Shown here piece after piece: positions 9,099 to 18,274 of a stretch of DNA of 56,541 bases. Every line of letters begins with the position of its first letter. The stretch's first letter is position 1. The notes beneath the pieces are model-generated. The model ran no database searches, was not told the DNA's origin, and saw only the letters and a program-made list of their open reading frames with translations. This stretch comes from Candidatus Nomurabacteria bacterium (lineage in GTDB: Bacteria > Patescibacteriota > Minisyncoccia > Phycocordibacterales > UBA9973): the NCBI GenBank assembly GCA_020845875.1, contig JADLEY010000011.1, positions 1 through 56,541 on the forward strand. Direction: 5' to 3'. The translations under genes were made by a program, and so were the position numbers.

Positions 9099-10556
9099 AT
9101 GGAAGACCTTCTGACACTGCTCCCTCCCTCGCTCCCTGTCCCCGAACGGCAGCGTGTAGAGCGTGCATATACGTTTGCACAGATGAAGCATCGCGGGCAG
9201 CTGCGCAATAGTGGGGAGCCCTACTTTTTACACGTCGTTGAAGTAGCAAAAAACTGCGCACGCCTTGATATGGATACCGACACCGTCGCCGCCGCACTCC
9301 TCCACGACACCCTCGAGGACACCGAAGCGACCGAGGAAGAACTGCTCGAACAATTTGGCGAGACAGTACTCTTTTTGGTCAAAGGCGTCACGAAACTCGG
9401 CAAGCTCAAGTATCAGGGACGCGAACGCCATGTCGAGAGTCTGCGCAAATTTTTCCTTGCAATGGCAGAAGACATCCGCGTACTCATCATCAAACTTGCC
9501 GACCGCTTGCACAATGTACAAACGCTCGAACACGTCCGTCCAGAAAAACAGCGCCGGATTGCACTCGAAACCATCGACGTCCACGCAGCACTCGCGGGGA
9601 GACTTGGTATGGAGAAGCTCAAGGGCGAGCTCGAAGACCAGGCATTTCCCTACGCCTACCCCGCAGAATACCAAAAGACAAAGGCAATCATGGACAGCAT
9701 CGTCCCTGAGGCAAAGCAGACAGTCCAGCACGCACACGCCGTCATTGAAAAGACTCTTGCTGACTTCTCTGTTCCCTATCGTTCAGTCCATTCACGCATC
9801 AAGTACACCTATAGCACCTATCGCAAGCTGGAAAAATATTTATGGAATGCCGAGCATGTGTACGATATCGTTGCGCTTCGCGTTATCGCTGAGACGGTTG
9901 CTGACTGCTACCAAATCCTCGGACTTATCCATATGCTTTGGAAGCCCATCCCCAAACGTATCAAGGACTACATCGCACTCCCGAAGCCAAACGGGTACCA
10001 ATCGCTCCACACCTCTGTTCTCACCGAGCACGGAGTCGTCGAGGTACAGATTCGTACCGAAGACATGCACCGCGAAGCAGAGATGGGTATCGCTTCTCAC
10101 TTTGTCTACAAAGAAGCCTCTCGCGACAACAGCTCCCAGCCGACCAGTAAAAAGTGGCGCTGGCTCGACGAACTCAAAGAGCTCCACGAAGTCGTCCGCG
10201 ACCCTAGTGCCTTTCTCCAGCAATTGCAGCTCGATTTTTTCAAAGACCGTATCTTCGTCTTCTCCCCCAAGGGCGATGTCATCGACCTCCCCGAAGGCGC
10301 CAGCCCTATCGACTTTGCCTACGCTATCCACTCTGACGTTGGACACTCCACCAGCGCCGCGCGTATCAACGGCAAGATGGGCTCACTCGGAGACACGCTT
10401 CACAATGGAGACATTATCGAGATTGTCACGAACAAAAACGCAAAGCCCTCAAACAAGTGGGTCGAGTATGCCAAGACCAACAGCGCGCGACGCAAAATCC
10501 GCGCCCACATTAGCGAACACGGCGGAATGTTCGACAAACTTTTTCTCAAAAAGTAA
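9099..10556 (+). CDS. rel: Bifunctional (p)ppGpp synthetase/hydrolase, RelA/SpoT family (no ACT domain)
   Basis: HD hydrolase motif HDTLEDT, synthetase core (HSRIKYTYSTYRKL, DIVALRVI) and TGS domain (IFVFSPKGDVIDLPEGASPIDFAY). Confidence 0.9.
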   Translation: MEDLLTLLPPSLPVPERQRVERAYTFAQMKHRGQLRNSGEPYFLHVVEVAKNCARLDMDTDTVAAALLHDTLEDTEATEEELLEQFGETVLFLVKGVTKLGKLKYQGRERHVESLRKFFLAMAEDIRVLIIKLADRLHNVQTLEHVRPEKQRRIALETIDVHAALAGRLGMEKLKGELEDQAFPYAYPAEYQKTKAIMDSIVPEAKQTVQHAHAVIEKTLADFSVPYRSVHSRIKYTYSTYRKLEKYLWNAEHVYDIVALRVIAETVADCYQILGLIHMLWKPIPKRIKDYIALPKPNGYQSLHTSVLTEHGVVEVQIRTEDMHREAEMGIASHFVYKEASRDNSSQPTSKKWRWLDELKELHEVVRDPSAFLQQLQLDFFKDRIFVFSPKGDVIDLPEGASPIDFAYAIHSDVGHSTSAARINGKMGSLGDTLHNGDIIEIVTNKNAKPSNKWVEYAKTNSARRKIRAHISEHGGMFDKLFLKK

Positions 10557-10564
10557 CGACTCGA

Positions 10565-11518
10565 TTAGAGAGAAAAATCCTTGAGATTGTAGAGGTCTTC
10601 TTCGCTTTCTTGTTGTGCAGCAGCTTGCTCCTGTGGACTGCGGTCATCAAGTGCTTCAACTGGTTCGGTCCCTTCTATCGGCACCGGAGCGCTCTCTCGT
10701 TTGGCAACCAGAGCCAAGATAACCTCAAGCTCGTCGGGAGAAAAATAGTCGATAGTGATTTTGCCTCCCTGCTCGCGCGGTTGTATGTGCACGCGCGTCC
10801 CGAGCGCCTCTTGGAGCGTCTGCTCTGCCTTCATCAGAGTTTCGTCAGGCATAGTGGAGTGATTACGTACCTTTTCGACGGCGATGCGCCTCGCGATGCG
10901 CTCTGCTTCGCGGACAGTAATTTTGCGGACGGTTATTTCTTTGAACAGCGTCTGCTGTTCTTCGGGACGAGACGAGAGCATGAGGAGCGGACGCGTGTGC
11001 CCTTCGTTGATTTTACCTTCGGAGAGGGCATCAAGCATTTCTTGTGGAAGCGTCAGCAGGCGCACGGTGTTGGAAACATACTCGCGGCTCTTACCGAGCT
11101 TCTGCCCGATCTGTGTGTGGGTAAACTTAAACTCTTCGACGAGCCGTGCAAAGGCGCGAGCACGCTCTACCGCATTGAGATCTTCGCGCTGGAGGTTTTC
11201 GATGATGGCAAGTTCGAGCTTTGCCATGTTGTCATCTCCGACGCGGATGATGACGGGCACTTGCGAGAGCCCTGCAAGCTTAGAGGCGCGCAGTCGGCGT
11301 TCTCCGGCAATGAGCTCATATTCGGTCACGAGCCCTCCATCAGCTGTCTCTTTTTCTACTCGAGAGACGGTAAGCGGCTGGAGGATGCCGTACTGGCGAA
11401 TGCTTTCAGCGAGGTCCTTGAGTGGTCCTTCCTCAAATTCGCGGCGCGGCTGGAAAGGATTGGGCAGGATTTTGTCGACATCTATGAAGAAAATGGAGTT
11501 GCTATAGAGATTGGACAT
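10565..11518 (-). CDS. parB: Chromosome partitioning protein ParB/Spo0J
   Basis: IDVDKILPNPFQPRREF, LIAGERRLRA and the HTH region. Confidence 0.9.
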   Translation of the reverse strand: MSNLYSNSIFFIDVDKILPNPFQPRREFEEGPLKDLAESIRQYGILQPLTVSRVEKETADGGLVTEYELIAGERRLRASKLAGLSQVPVIIRVGDDNMAKLELAIIENLQREDLNAVERARAFARLVEEFKFTHTQIGQKLGKSREYVSNTVRLLTLPQEMLDALSEGKINEGHTRPLLMLSSRPEEQQTLFKEITVRKITVREAERIARRIAVEKVRNHSTMPDETLMKAEQTLQEALGTRVHIQPREQGGKITIDYFSPDELEVILALVAKRESAPVPIEGTEPVEALDDRSPQEQAAAQQESEEDLYNLKDFSL

Positions 11519-11525
11519 AGCACAG

Positions 11526-11534
11526 AGTGTACCA
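11526..11534 (-). promoter_or_regulatory. Extended -10 box of parB
   Basis: Minus strand TGGTACACT, 7 nt upstream of ATG 11518. Confidence 0.5.
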
Positions 11535-11695
11535 CACTAAAGAATGACATATAAAAAGGGGCGCCTTGGACAAGGCCCCCTTAAAAATCCCAAACAAGAA
11601 AAACTGAAAAATCGCCACTTATTGTACCACAACAAATTGTTCTGGACAACTCTCTCCTTGTAAAAAAAGTAGAAAAATGCAAAGATACCGAAGTT

Positions 11696-11778
11696 GCCGG
11701 TGTGGCGGAATGGTAGACGCGATCGACTCAAAATCGATTACTCGCAAGGGTGTGGAGGTTCGAGTCCTCTCTCCGGCA
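11696..11778 (+). tRNA. tRNA-Leu(CAA)
   Basis: GTGGCGGAATGGTAGACGC D-arm, anticodon loop CT-CAA-AA, long variable arm, T-loop TTCGAGT. One U:U mismatch in the acceptor stem. No encoded CCA. Confidence 0.85.
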
Positions 11779-11782
11779 CATT

Positions 11783-11864
11783 GCCCGAATGGTGGAATTG
11801 GTAGACACGTACGCTTCAGGTGCGTATATCGCAAGATGTGGGAGTTCAAGTCTCCCTTCGGGCA
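11783..11864 (+). tRNA. tRNA-Leu(CAG)
   Basis: Perfect acceptor GCCCGAA/TTCGGGC, anticodon loop TT-CAG-GT, long variable arm, T-loop TTCAAGT. Confidence 0.9.
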
Positions 11865-11919
11865 CATTTGACAAAAATAAATTTTCGATGTAGGGTGTAA
11901 AAAACAAAAACTTTGCACA

Positions 11920-12594
11920 ATGAAAAAAATAATTATCGCGATTATCGGGTTACTTGGAACTACGACAACATTCCCTCAACAGCAAAACAATTGTTCAATT
12001 GAGGAGTTGATTCTACTCAGTGAGCGGCCAAAAATTCTGAAGGAACGTGATGCATATAACCTTATTAAAGGAGACAAGAAAGAAATATCTGTGAACTGTG
12101 GCTTTGCAGGGTATACTCACCCAGAAGCCTTCAAAGTGTTCTCCTGTAATAAAGAGGTTACAGTTTCTTTAACTGCTGTCCCAGGAGAACAAGCGCCGGT
12201 TTGGAAAGAAAAAACACGATACATCAAAACTGGAACAGTTTCGATGACTCAATTTTGGGTTTTCCTTGCTTTTGGTATATCTATAGGGTTCTTTTTCATC
12301 TTAGTAGGAATAAACCTTGTGTTTGACTTCCATTGGAAAAATCGTGGCCAGAAGTCTATTACCATCAATAGATTGATGGTCATTGGATTGGGACTTGTGG
12401 TTTCATATCTTTTGGGCGCAGTGACCTATGCAACGAGTATGCCATCGGAGCTATTTGGTAAGATTCCTCTCTATGTAGTAGAACATCTTGTTATGACAGC
12501 TGGATTTTTTTTTGGCTTCCTTTTATATATAGGGTGGCTAGAATTCCCAAAAAGGAGTCATGACAAGAAAATTAATACAGTATCAATCGCATAA
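11920..12594 (+). CDS. Hypothetical membrane protein
   Basis: Signal-like N-terminus plus about 4 predicted TM helices in the C-terminal half. Lower GC than its flanks. Confidence 0.5.
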   Translation: MKKIIIAIIGLLGTTTTFPQQQNNCSIEELILLSERPKILKERDAYNLIKGDKKEISVNCGFAGYTHPEAFKVFSCNKEVTVSLTAVPGEQAPVWKEKTRYIKTGTVSMTQFWVFLAFGISIGFFFILVGINLVFDFHWKNRGQKSITINRLMVIGLGLVVSYLLGAVTYATSMPSELFGKIPLYVVEHLVMTAGFFFGFLLYIGWLEFPKRSHDKKINTVSIA

Positions 12595-12604
12595 ACTTTT
12601 TTAA

Positions 12605-12632
12605 ATTCCTGCATATCATGCAGGAATTTTTC
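12605..12632 (+). terminator. Intrinsic terminator
   Basis: ATTCCTGCAT-atc-ATGCAGGAAT followed by TTTT. Confidence 0.75.
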
Positions 12633-12633
12633 G

Positions 12634-12642
12634 TGCTACAAT
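12634..12642 (+). promoter_or_regulatory. Extended -10 box of miaA
   Basis: TGCTACAAT, 6 nt upstream of ATG 12649. Confidence 0.55.
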
Positions 12643-12648
12643 CGCGCC

Positions 12649-13470
12649 ATGCAAAAAATTATTGTCGTTTGCGGACCGACTGCAACGGGCAAGTCAGATT
12701 TTGCCATAGCGCTTGCAAAAAAGATTGGCGGGGAAATTATTTCTGCAGATTCTCGGCAGGTGTACAGAGGGCTTGATATCGGGAGCGGCAAGATTACTAA
12801 GCGCGAAATGAAAAGCGTGCCACATCATCTCCTCGACGTCGCAAGTCCCACACGCGTCTTTTCTGTTGCGCAGTACAAAAAGCTCGCAGACAAAGCAATC
12901 AAGGATATTTTGAAGCGCGGCAAAGTGCCGATCATCTGCGGCGGGACAGGGCTCTATATAGACGCAGTTGTCTACGATACTGATTTCCCCGCAGTGCCGC
13001 CAAACAAACCTCTTCGCATCCAGCTTGAGAAGATCCCTACCGAAGCACTCGTGCAAAAGCTCGAAGCGCTCGACCTCGAACGTTTTGCGGCAATTGACAC
13101 TAACAATCGCGTCCGTCTCATTCGTGCGATAGAGATAGCGCGAGCGCTTGGCAAGGTACCGAAAGTTTCTCGACAAAAAAGATATGATGTTGAGTGGCAC
13201 TATCTCGACTTCCCTGACGATATACTCAAGACGCGCATTCACAATCGCCTCTACAAACGCATGAAATCAGGAATGGTTACAGAAGTGAGGCGATTGCACA
13301 GCGAAGGCGTCTCATGGAAACGCCTCGAAGCCCTTGGGCTTGAGTACCGATACCTAGCGCAATTTTTGCAGGGCAAAATAACCAAGTCTGAGATGCTGGT
13401 TCAGCTCGAAACTGCCATCTGGCACTACGCCAAGCGCCAACGCACATGGTTTAAAAAGTATGCCTTTTGA
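12649..13470 (+). CDS. miaA: tRNA dimethylallyltransferase
   Basis: P-loop GPTATGKS and ISADSRQVYRGLDIGSGK. Confidence 0.9.
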   Translation: MQKIIVVCGPTATGKSDFAIALAKKIGGEIISADSRQVYRGLDIGSGKITKREMKSVPHHLLDVASPTRVFSVAQYKKLADKAIKDILKRGKVPIICGGTGLYIDAVVYDTDFPAVPPNKPLRIQLEKIPTEALVQKLEALDLERFAAIDTNNRVRLIRAIEIARALGKVPKVSRQKRYDVEWHYLDFPDDILKTRIHNRLYKRMKSGMVTEVRRLHSEGVSWKRLEALGLEYRYLAQFLQGKITKSEMLVQLETAIWHYAKRQRTWFKKYAF

Positions 13471-13485
13471 GAAAGGTAAGAGACC

Positions 13486-14967
13486 TTACTCCACATGCAC
13501 TTTTATGTCGGTGCGTTCTTTGACCTTAAGCCACAGCACTGCAAAGGCGCCGACGATGATGACGATGCTTGCGATGACAAAGACGTAGCTATACGCATTG
13601 ACCTGCGCCTTGAGAATGACGAGCGAAATATATTGCTGCACAACAGACGGATCGGTACTGTGGAGCGTACTCATACTATTGACCTGCAGGACATTGCGCT
13701 CAATGCGGCTGTTGAGAATCGTCCCGAAGAGCGCGATGCCAAATGCACCCGCGACGTTGCGCACGAGTGCAAGCACCGAAGAAGCGATACCGATCTCATG
13801 CGGATCCACAACAGAAGCAATGATATTAGTACGCTGCGCCATGCCAAAGCCGAGTCCAAATGCCATCACGCACAACGGAATAATGATTGCGAGGGCACCA
13901 CTCTTGGGATCAAGAAATGAAAAGAAGAATATGCCGATACCCGCCACGAGTGTGCTGGTAAATATCACATACCGTGCAGGAGCTTTGCCGGTGAGTCGCC
14001 CGCCGACCGCTGCCGAGAGCATCATCGCTGCTGCCATCGGCATAAAGAGGTATCCCGTCTGCGTCGCATCATACCCAAGGAATGTCTGCGCAAACACGGG
14101 GATAAGGAAGATGCCTCCCATCATACCCATGAATACGATGAAGTTGTTGCCGAGCGTATTGACGAATGCCGGTATCTTGAAAAAGCGCAGATCGACAATC
14201 GGCTCTTTTGCTCGGTGCTCGATACGCACGAACCATGCAAAGAAAACGATCGTGACAAGATACGCGAGCACACTATGAAGCGACAGCCATCCCCACTCCG
14301 AGCCCTTATCAAGCACAAGAACAAGGGAGGAGAGCATGACGCCGAGCGTCGTCGCGCCCCACCAGTCAAAGTGCTGCGGCTTGGATTCGGAGCGGGATTC
14401 GTTGATGAAGCGCATCGCCATCAAGATACCGATGATACCGATGGGCAGATTTACCAGAAAGACCGAGCGCCAGCCGAAGCCATCAATCAGCGGACCTCCC
14501 AAGAGAGGTCCAAAAACTGACGCCGCTGCAAACGACGCCGACCAGAGGCCGAGCGCCTGTGCACGCTCCTTCCCTTCTTTAAATGTCACTGCGAGAATTG
14601 CCATCGCAGTCGGATAGTCTGCTGAGCCGGCAATCGCCTGAATGATACGGAAGACGATCATGCTTGGCAGATTCCATGCAAAGCCAGCGAGCACTGATCC
14701 GAGAATGAAAATAGCAAAGCCGATGATGTACACCTTCTTGCGCCCTATGGTGTCTCCGAGCTTGCCCCAGATGGGCACAAATATCGCATTGGCGAGGATG
14801 TACGCGGTAGCAATCCACCCAGCGGAGGTGACCGTAATACCAAAATCACTGATGATATCAGGCAGGGCGAGATTGACAATGGTTTGATCGAGTCGTCCGA
14901 GAAACGTGCCGACAATAACGGTGATCAGTATCCACCAGTGCAGGTTGCTTTGCTTCTTTTCTTCCAT
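13486..14967 (-). CDS. MFS transporter, DHA2 (EmrB/QacA-like, 14-TMS) drug efflux family
   Basis: 493 aa. LGDTIGRKKV motif A, about 14 hydrophobic segments. Confidence 0.85.
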   Translation of the reverse strand: MEEKKQSNLHWWILITVIVGTFLGRLDQTIVNLALPDIISDFGITVTSAGWIATAYILANAIFVPIWGKLGDTIGRKKVYIIGFAIFILGSVLAGFAWNLPSMIVFRIIQAIAGSADYPTAMAILAVTFKEGKERAQALGLWSASFAAASVFGPLLGGPLIDGFGWRSVFLVNLPIGIIGILMAMRFINESRSESKPQHFDWWGATTLGVMLSSLVLVLDKGSEWGWLSLHSVLAYLVTIVFFAWFVRIEHRAKEPIVDLRFFKIPAFVNTLGNNFIVFMGMMGGIFLIPVFAQTFLGYDATQTGYLFMPMAAAMMLSAAVGGRLTGKAPARYVIFTSTLVAGIGIFFFSFLDPKSGALAIIIPLCVMAFGLGFGMAQRTNIIASVVDPHEIGIASSVLALVRNVAGAFGIALFGTILNSRIERNVLQVNSMSTLHSTDPSVVQQYISLVILKAQVNAYSYVFVIASIVIIVGAFAVLWLKVKERTDIKVHVE

Positions 14968-14979
14968 ACAAAAGGAGTG

Positions 14980-15615
14980 TTACTTGATGTAGACGTTCAT
15001 CTTGGCAGACATGCCGTTTTTGAATTCGGGATGCGCGGCAGTATCATATCGCACTGTCACTTCAAATTCTTTTACTTCACGCTTGTCAGAGATGCTAAAT
15101 ACAACACCAGTATCCTGCGAGGTAGGACTAATGCGCTCGACGACGCCGACAAACGACTCTCCTTCAAAGGTATCCACGGTAAATCGCACTGGATTACCTG
15201 CAGCAAGCGAAGAGAGTCCTTCGTTTTCTTTGATGACACCGACGACGCGCAGTTCGGTAGGTTCAATCATTTTCACTACGACTTGAGACGGAGCGAAGAC
15301 TTGGCCTGGAGTATTGCTTGCCTCAAGTACAATGCCAGCAACCTTTGCAGAGAGCACTTCTGAGCCGACACGGGCGAGATTTTGTCCGACAGAGACAGTG
15401 TCTCCTGGATGGACATAAACCTCTTCGAGCACACCAGAAGTTTCTGGACCGATAGCAATAACAGGTGCCTCAATACGAGCACGATCAATACTGATGCGCG
15501 CGTTGAACGACTTATAGAGGAGTGCTCCAGCTAGCAGAAGCACCGCGACAGCAATACCTGTCACACTCTGGACAATCGGACGAGAAAAAGAACGAATGAG
15601 CGGAGAATTTTTCAT
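14980..15615 (-). CDS. HlyD/EmrA-type membrane fusion protein
   Basis: Start moved to ATG 15615 (MKNSPLI...). The longer ORF would overlap the upstream gene. TM anchor plus barrel-sandwich segments (VHPGDTVSVGQNLARV). Confidence 0.7.
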   Translation of the reverse strand: MKNSPLIRSFSRPIVQSVTGIAVAVLLLAGALLYKSFNARISIDRARIEAPVIAIGPETSGVLEEVYVHPGDTVSVGQNLARVGSEVLSAKVAGIVLEASNTPGQVFAPSQVVVKMIEPTELRVVGVIKENEGLSSLAAGNPVRFTVDTFEGESFVGVVERISPTSQDTGVVFSISDKREVKEFEVTVRYDTAAHPEFKNGMSAKMNVYIK

Positions 15616-15619
15616 ATAA

Positions 15620-16579
15620 TTAGTTTGCGACAATAGTAATAAGCGTCTTGTTTGCCACAACCGCCTGTCCGACCTTGAGATCCTCGTCGACAAATGAGAC
15701 GACGCCGTCTGCTGGAGCGGTGATGACATTGTTTTGGTACGCACCGACTGCTGCAGCGTACGCGCCTTCGGCAGCACTCACCTGCGCTTTGGCGACACTC
15801 GACTCATTGCTCTCACCAATTGTTGTAGCAAGATCAGTAAGCATTTTTTCTCTAGTACTGACTGCGGCATCATAGGCATTTTTGTTGGCAATGTAGCTGG
15901 TACTGTGCGTATTGGGGATTGAGATAGTCCACGTCACGCTCGTGTTGATGCGAGAGCCAGGAGTAAACTTCACCTGCAAGCCACAAGAGCCCAACGACAC
16001 TGGATTGTCATATTTCACTCCAATAACCCCTTGTTCCAATCCCGAATACTGGATCGAATAGCCAGAATCATTGTCGCTTGATGCATATGGCTTGAGCGTA
16101 TAGTTTCCTTCTTTGCCACACGCATAGCTTCCAGAAATGATCGGCACGGTAGCGTCCTGCTTGTCGGGTACCCCTTCGAGACCTGATGAGAGCAGTGTGC
16201 GATACGCATTGTCGACCAGCAAATCTTGCTGCTTCTTGGTGGTGCTGTACTGAGAGCTAAGCGAAGCATATTGCGCGCGAGCAAGATCGAGTGCGCCTTT
16301 GGCCTGCGTGATAGCACCCTGTGCCTGCGGATCAGCGAGACGTGCGAGCACCTGACCTTTGCGCACTGACTTGCCTACAGAGACGAGCATCTCCTCTACG
16401 CGTCCCATTTTAGGAAACGATAAACGCACCTCAGAGCCAGAGGCAATCTGCTGAAGAGAAGTATCAGGAAGCGTCACTGTCGGCGCCATGCCAACTTTTC
16501 CATAGAGCAGCACCCCTGCGACCAGCGCAATAAGTACAGCAATAGGAATAATGATTTTTGGTTTGTGAAATACAGTCAT
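15620..16579 (-). CDS. Efflux periplasmic adaptor (membrane fusion) protein, second copy
   Basis: TM anchor, VSVGKSVRKGQVLARL lipoyl-like motif, ITAPADGVV motif. Confidence 0.7.
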   Translation of the reverse strand: MTVFHKPKIIIPIAVLIALVAGVLLYGKVGMAPTVTLPDTSLQQIASGSEVRLSFPKMGRVEEMLVSVGKSVRKGQVLARLADPQAQGAITQAKGALDLARAQYASLSSQYSTTKKQQDLLVDNAYRTLLSSGLEGVPDKQDATVPIISGSYACGKEGNYTLKPYASSDNDSGYSIQYSGLEQGVIGVKYDNPVSLGSCGLQVKFTPGSRINTSVTWTISIPNTHSTSYIANKNAYDAAVSTREKMLTDLATTIGESNESSVAKAQVSAAEGAYAAAVGAYQNNVITAPADGVVSFVDEDLKVGQAVVANKTLITIVAN

Positions 16580-16585
16580 GGATAA

Positions 16586-17002
16586 TTAGGAAATACTTTT
16601 CATAAGGATACGGACGAGATCGTTTTTGTCTTTGGGAGTGAGTTTGGCAAGCATCGCACCAAAGACTGATCGCTTGCGTGCATGCATATCGGCAAGCAAG
16701 CGCTCGGCGGTAGGAGTGAGCTCGATGCGAATACTGCGGCGATCTCCTTCCAGCTGAGTGCGCTTGAGCAATCGCTTGCGCGCCATGCCATCTATGAGAC
16801 TGCTTGCGGACGGTGACGTAATACCCAGATAGAGGGCAATGTCCTTGAGTGATACTGTCCGCTGTTCAGCGATATAGTGCAGTACCTCAATGTACGATAT
16901 GCTGCAGCCGATATCCTTTGCCTTGGCGCGCATCGCGCTTTTCATTGCGTGGCCAAACGCCCGAAACGTCTGCTCCAATTTCTCTTGTGATTCGTGAGCC
17001 AT
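16586..17002 (-). CDS. MarR family transcriptional regulator
   Basis: 138 aa. Winged-HTH pattern (LKDIALYLGITSPSASSLIDGMARKRLLKR...GDRRSIRIELT). Confidence 0.9.
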   Translation of the reverse strand: MAHESQEKLEQTFRAFGHAMKSAMRAKAKDIGCSISYIEVLHYIAEQRTVSLKDIALYLGITSPSASSLIDGMARKRLLKRTQLEGDRRSIRIELTPTAERLLADMHARKRSVFGAMLAKLTPKDKNDLVRILMKSIS

Positions 17003-17037
17003 ACGAGAAATAGCGAATTAAGTATAAAGTCTAATAA

Positions 17038-17061
17038 TTAGATTATCTAACTATATTAGCA
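17038..17061 (-). promoter_or_regulatory. marR operon promoter with overlapping palindromic operator
   Basis: Minus strand TGCTAATAT (17061->17053) is followed directly by the 6-1-6 palindrome TTAGATaATCTAA (17050->17038). Confidence 0.5.
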
Positions 17062-17090
17062 TGCAGTAAAAAACGTGCAAGGTATGGTTG

Positions 17091-17161
17091 CGGGCGATGA
17101 GGGAATCGGACCCCCACCAAAGGTTTTGGAGACCTTCGTTCTACCACTAAACTAATCGCCC
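17091..17161 (-). tRNA. tRNA-Trp(CCA)
   Basis: Acceptor GGGCGAT/ATCGCCC, anticodon loop CT-CCA-AA. The T-loop reads TCCGATT, with C where U55 is expected. No encoded CCA. Confidence 0.8.
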
Positions 17162-17214
17162 AGAGAACATCCGAAACTATAACAAAAAAGCAGTCTTCCG
17201 ACCACTCTTTTTGC

Positions 17215-17373
17215 TTATTTCTTTGACTCTTTGAAAGAGACAACCTTGCGGAGCTTCTTGCTGTATTTCTTGAGCTCGAGCTTCACATCCGCCAATTTCT
17301 TGCGGTTTTTGGAAGACCAGTAGATTTCCTTTGTCTCCTTGTTGACGAGCTTTACGAGATTATCCTGTGACAT
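17215..17373 (-). CDS. rpmG: 50S ribosomal protein L33
   Basis: 52-aa ORF below the track cutoff: MSQDNLVKLVNKETKEIYWSSKNRKKLADVKLELKKYSKKLRKVVSFKESKK, which fits the L33 pattern. Confidence 0.8.
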   Translation of the reverse strand: MSQDNLVKLVNKETKEIYWSSKNRKKLADVKLELKKYSKKLRKVVSFKESKK

Positions 17374-17382
17374 AGCGAAGAG

Positions 17383-17391
17383 ACTATACCA
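17383..17391 (-). promoter_or_regulatory. Extended -10 box of rpmG
   Basis: Minus strand TGGTATAGT, 9 nt upstream of ATG 17373. Confidence 0.5.
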
Positions 17392-17477
17392 TCTTCCACA
17401 TTTTTAGGCAACTGGGTTCCTTTGCCTTATCCTCAGACTTTGCATTTCTATCCATTGTTGCATACACTGCAGACACT

Positions 17478-17891
17478 ATGGCAGCGCAAAAGAAAAAGAA
17501 GCAGAAAAAACAGCACCGCGCCGTGCAAAGCGTCGAGCGCGGCGCTGACCGTGCCACGCAGTGGATCGGCTCGACCCACTCACTCATTGTCCACACAATG
17601 GTATTCATCGCAGCCTTCCTTTTGCCGCTGTTTGGAGCAACCTTTGACCGCGTACTCCTTGTACTCACCACCTTTCTCTCACTCGAGGCCATCTACCTTG
17701 CTATCTTCATCCAGATGACCGTCAACAAAAACACCGCCGACATTGAAGAGATTCAGGAAGACGTCGAAGACATCGCCGAAGATGTAGAGGAGATCCAAAA
17801 AGATGTCGATGAGATTCAGGAAGACGTGGACGAAATCCAAGAAGACATCGAAGAAATCCAAGAAGACGTGGACGAACAGACTGGAAAATAA
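17478..17891 (+). CDS. DUF1003-like two-TM membrane protein with acidic heptad-repeat tail
   Basis: Lys-rich N-terminus, two TM helices (LSLEAIYLAIFIQM) and a C-terminal (E/D)EIQEDV x6 tail. Confidence 0.55.
   Translation: MAAQKKKKQKKQHRAVQSVERGADRATQWIGSTHSLIVHTMVFIAAFLLPLFGATFDRVLLVLTTFLSLEAIYLAIFIQMTVNKNTADIEEIQEDVEDIAEDVEEIQKDVDEIQEDVDEIQEDIEEIQEDVDEQTGK
17745..17870 (+). repeat. Six tandem 21-bp repeats encoding the heptad EEIQEDV
   Basis: gaagagattcaggaagacgtc and five degenerate copies in phase. Confidence 0.85.
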
Positions 17892-17894
17892 AAG

Positions 17895-17916
17895 AACCCT
17901 CGCTAAAGCGAGGGTT
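17895..17916. terminator. Bidirectional terminator hairpin
   Basis: AACCCTCGC-taaa-GCGAGGGTT between convergent genes. Confidence 0.65.
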
Positions 17917-17941
17917 GTGACTTCAATAAAGAGCGAAAGTT

Positions 17942-18199
17942 TTATTGCTGTGATCCTCCGGTCATAGTGATGAGCCAGAGCAAATACAGCACAAAGAGAA
18001 CTAATCGAAAGGTCGAGAGCCGGTCTGTTGCAGTGCCTGCTATCACGCAAACAACAGAAGAAGCCAGCCAGCATCCCCCCTTCAAGAGAGTGTTTTGCGG
18101 GTTTACTGAAGTAATCAGTGGCAAAAGGAACAGAGCAAATCCGATAATCATTGCATAATCAAACAATTTCATCATGCCTTTTGATGAGATATTATCCAT
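17942..18199 (-). CDS. Small hypothetical membrane protein (about 3 TM)
   Basis: 85 aa, strongly hydrophobic. Confidence 0.4.
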   Translation of the reverse strand: MDNISSKGMMKLFDYAMIIGFALFLLPLITSVNPQNTLLKGGCWLASSVVCVIAGTATDRLSTFRLVLFVLYLLWLITMTGGSQQ

Positions 18200-18274
18200 G
18201 GTATTTGATTTTTGGTTTATGCTATTATAGCACCTATTGTATAAAAAGTCAATCTCTTCTCATTGAGAAATCCT

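Noticed and set aside
15616-15777. N-terminal extensions of track ORFs: HlyD to 15777, smc to 39734, rnc to 40872, GNAT to 20006, dnaE to 27493, target to 27347.
   Set aside because: The extensions overlap upstream genes or intergenic promoters and start at non-ATG codons or non-conserved sequence. Internal ATGs coincide with family N-termini and with -10 boxes.
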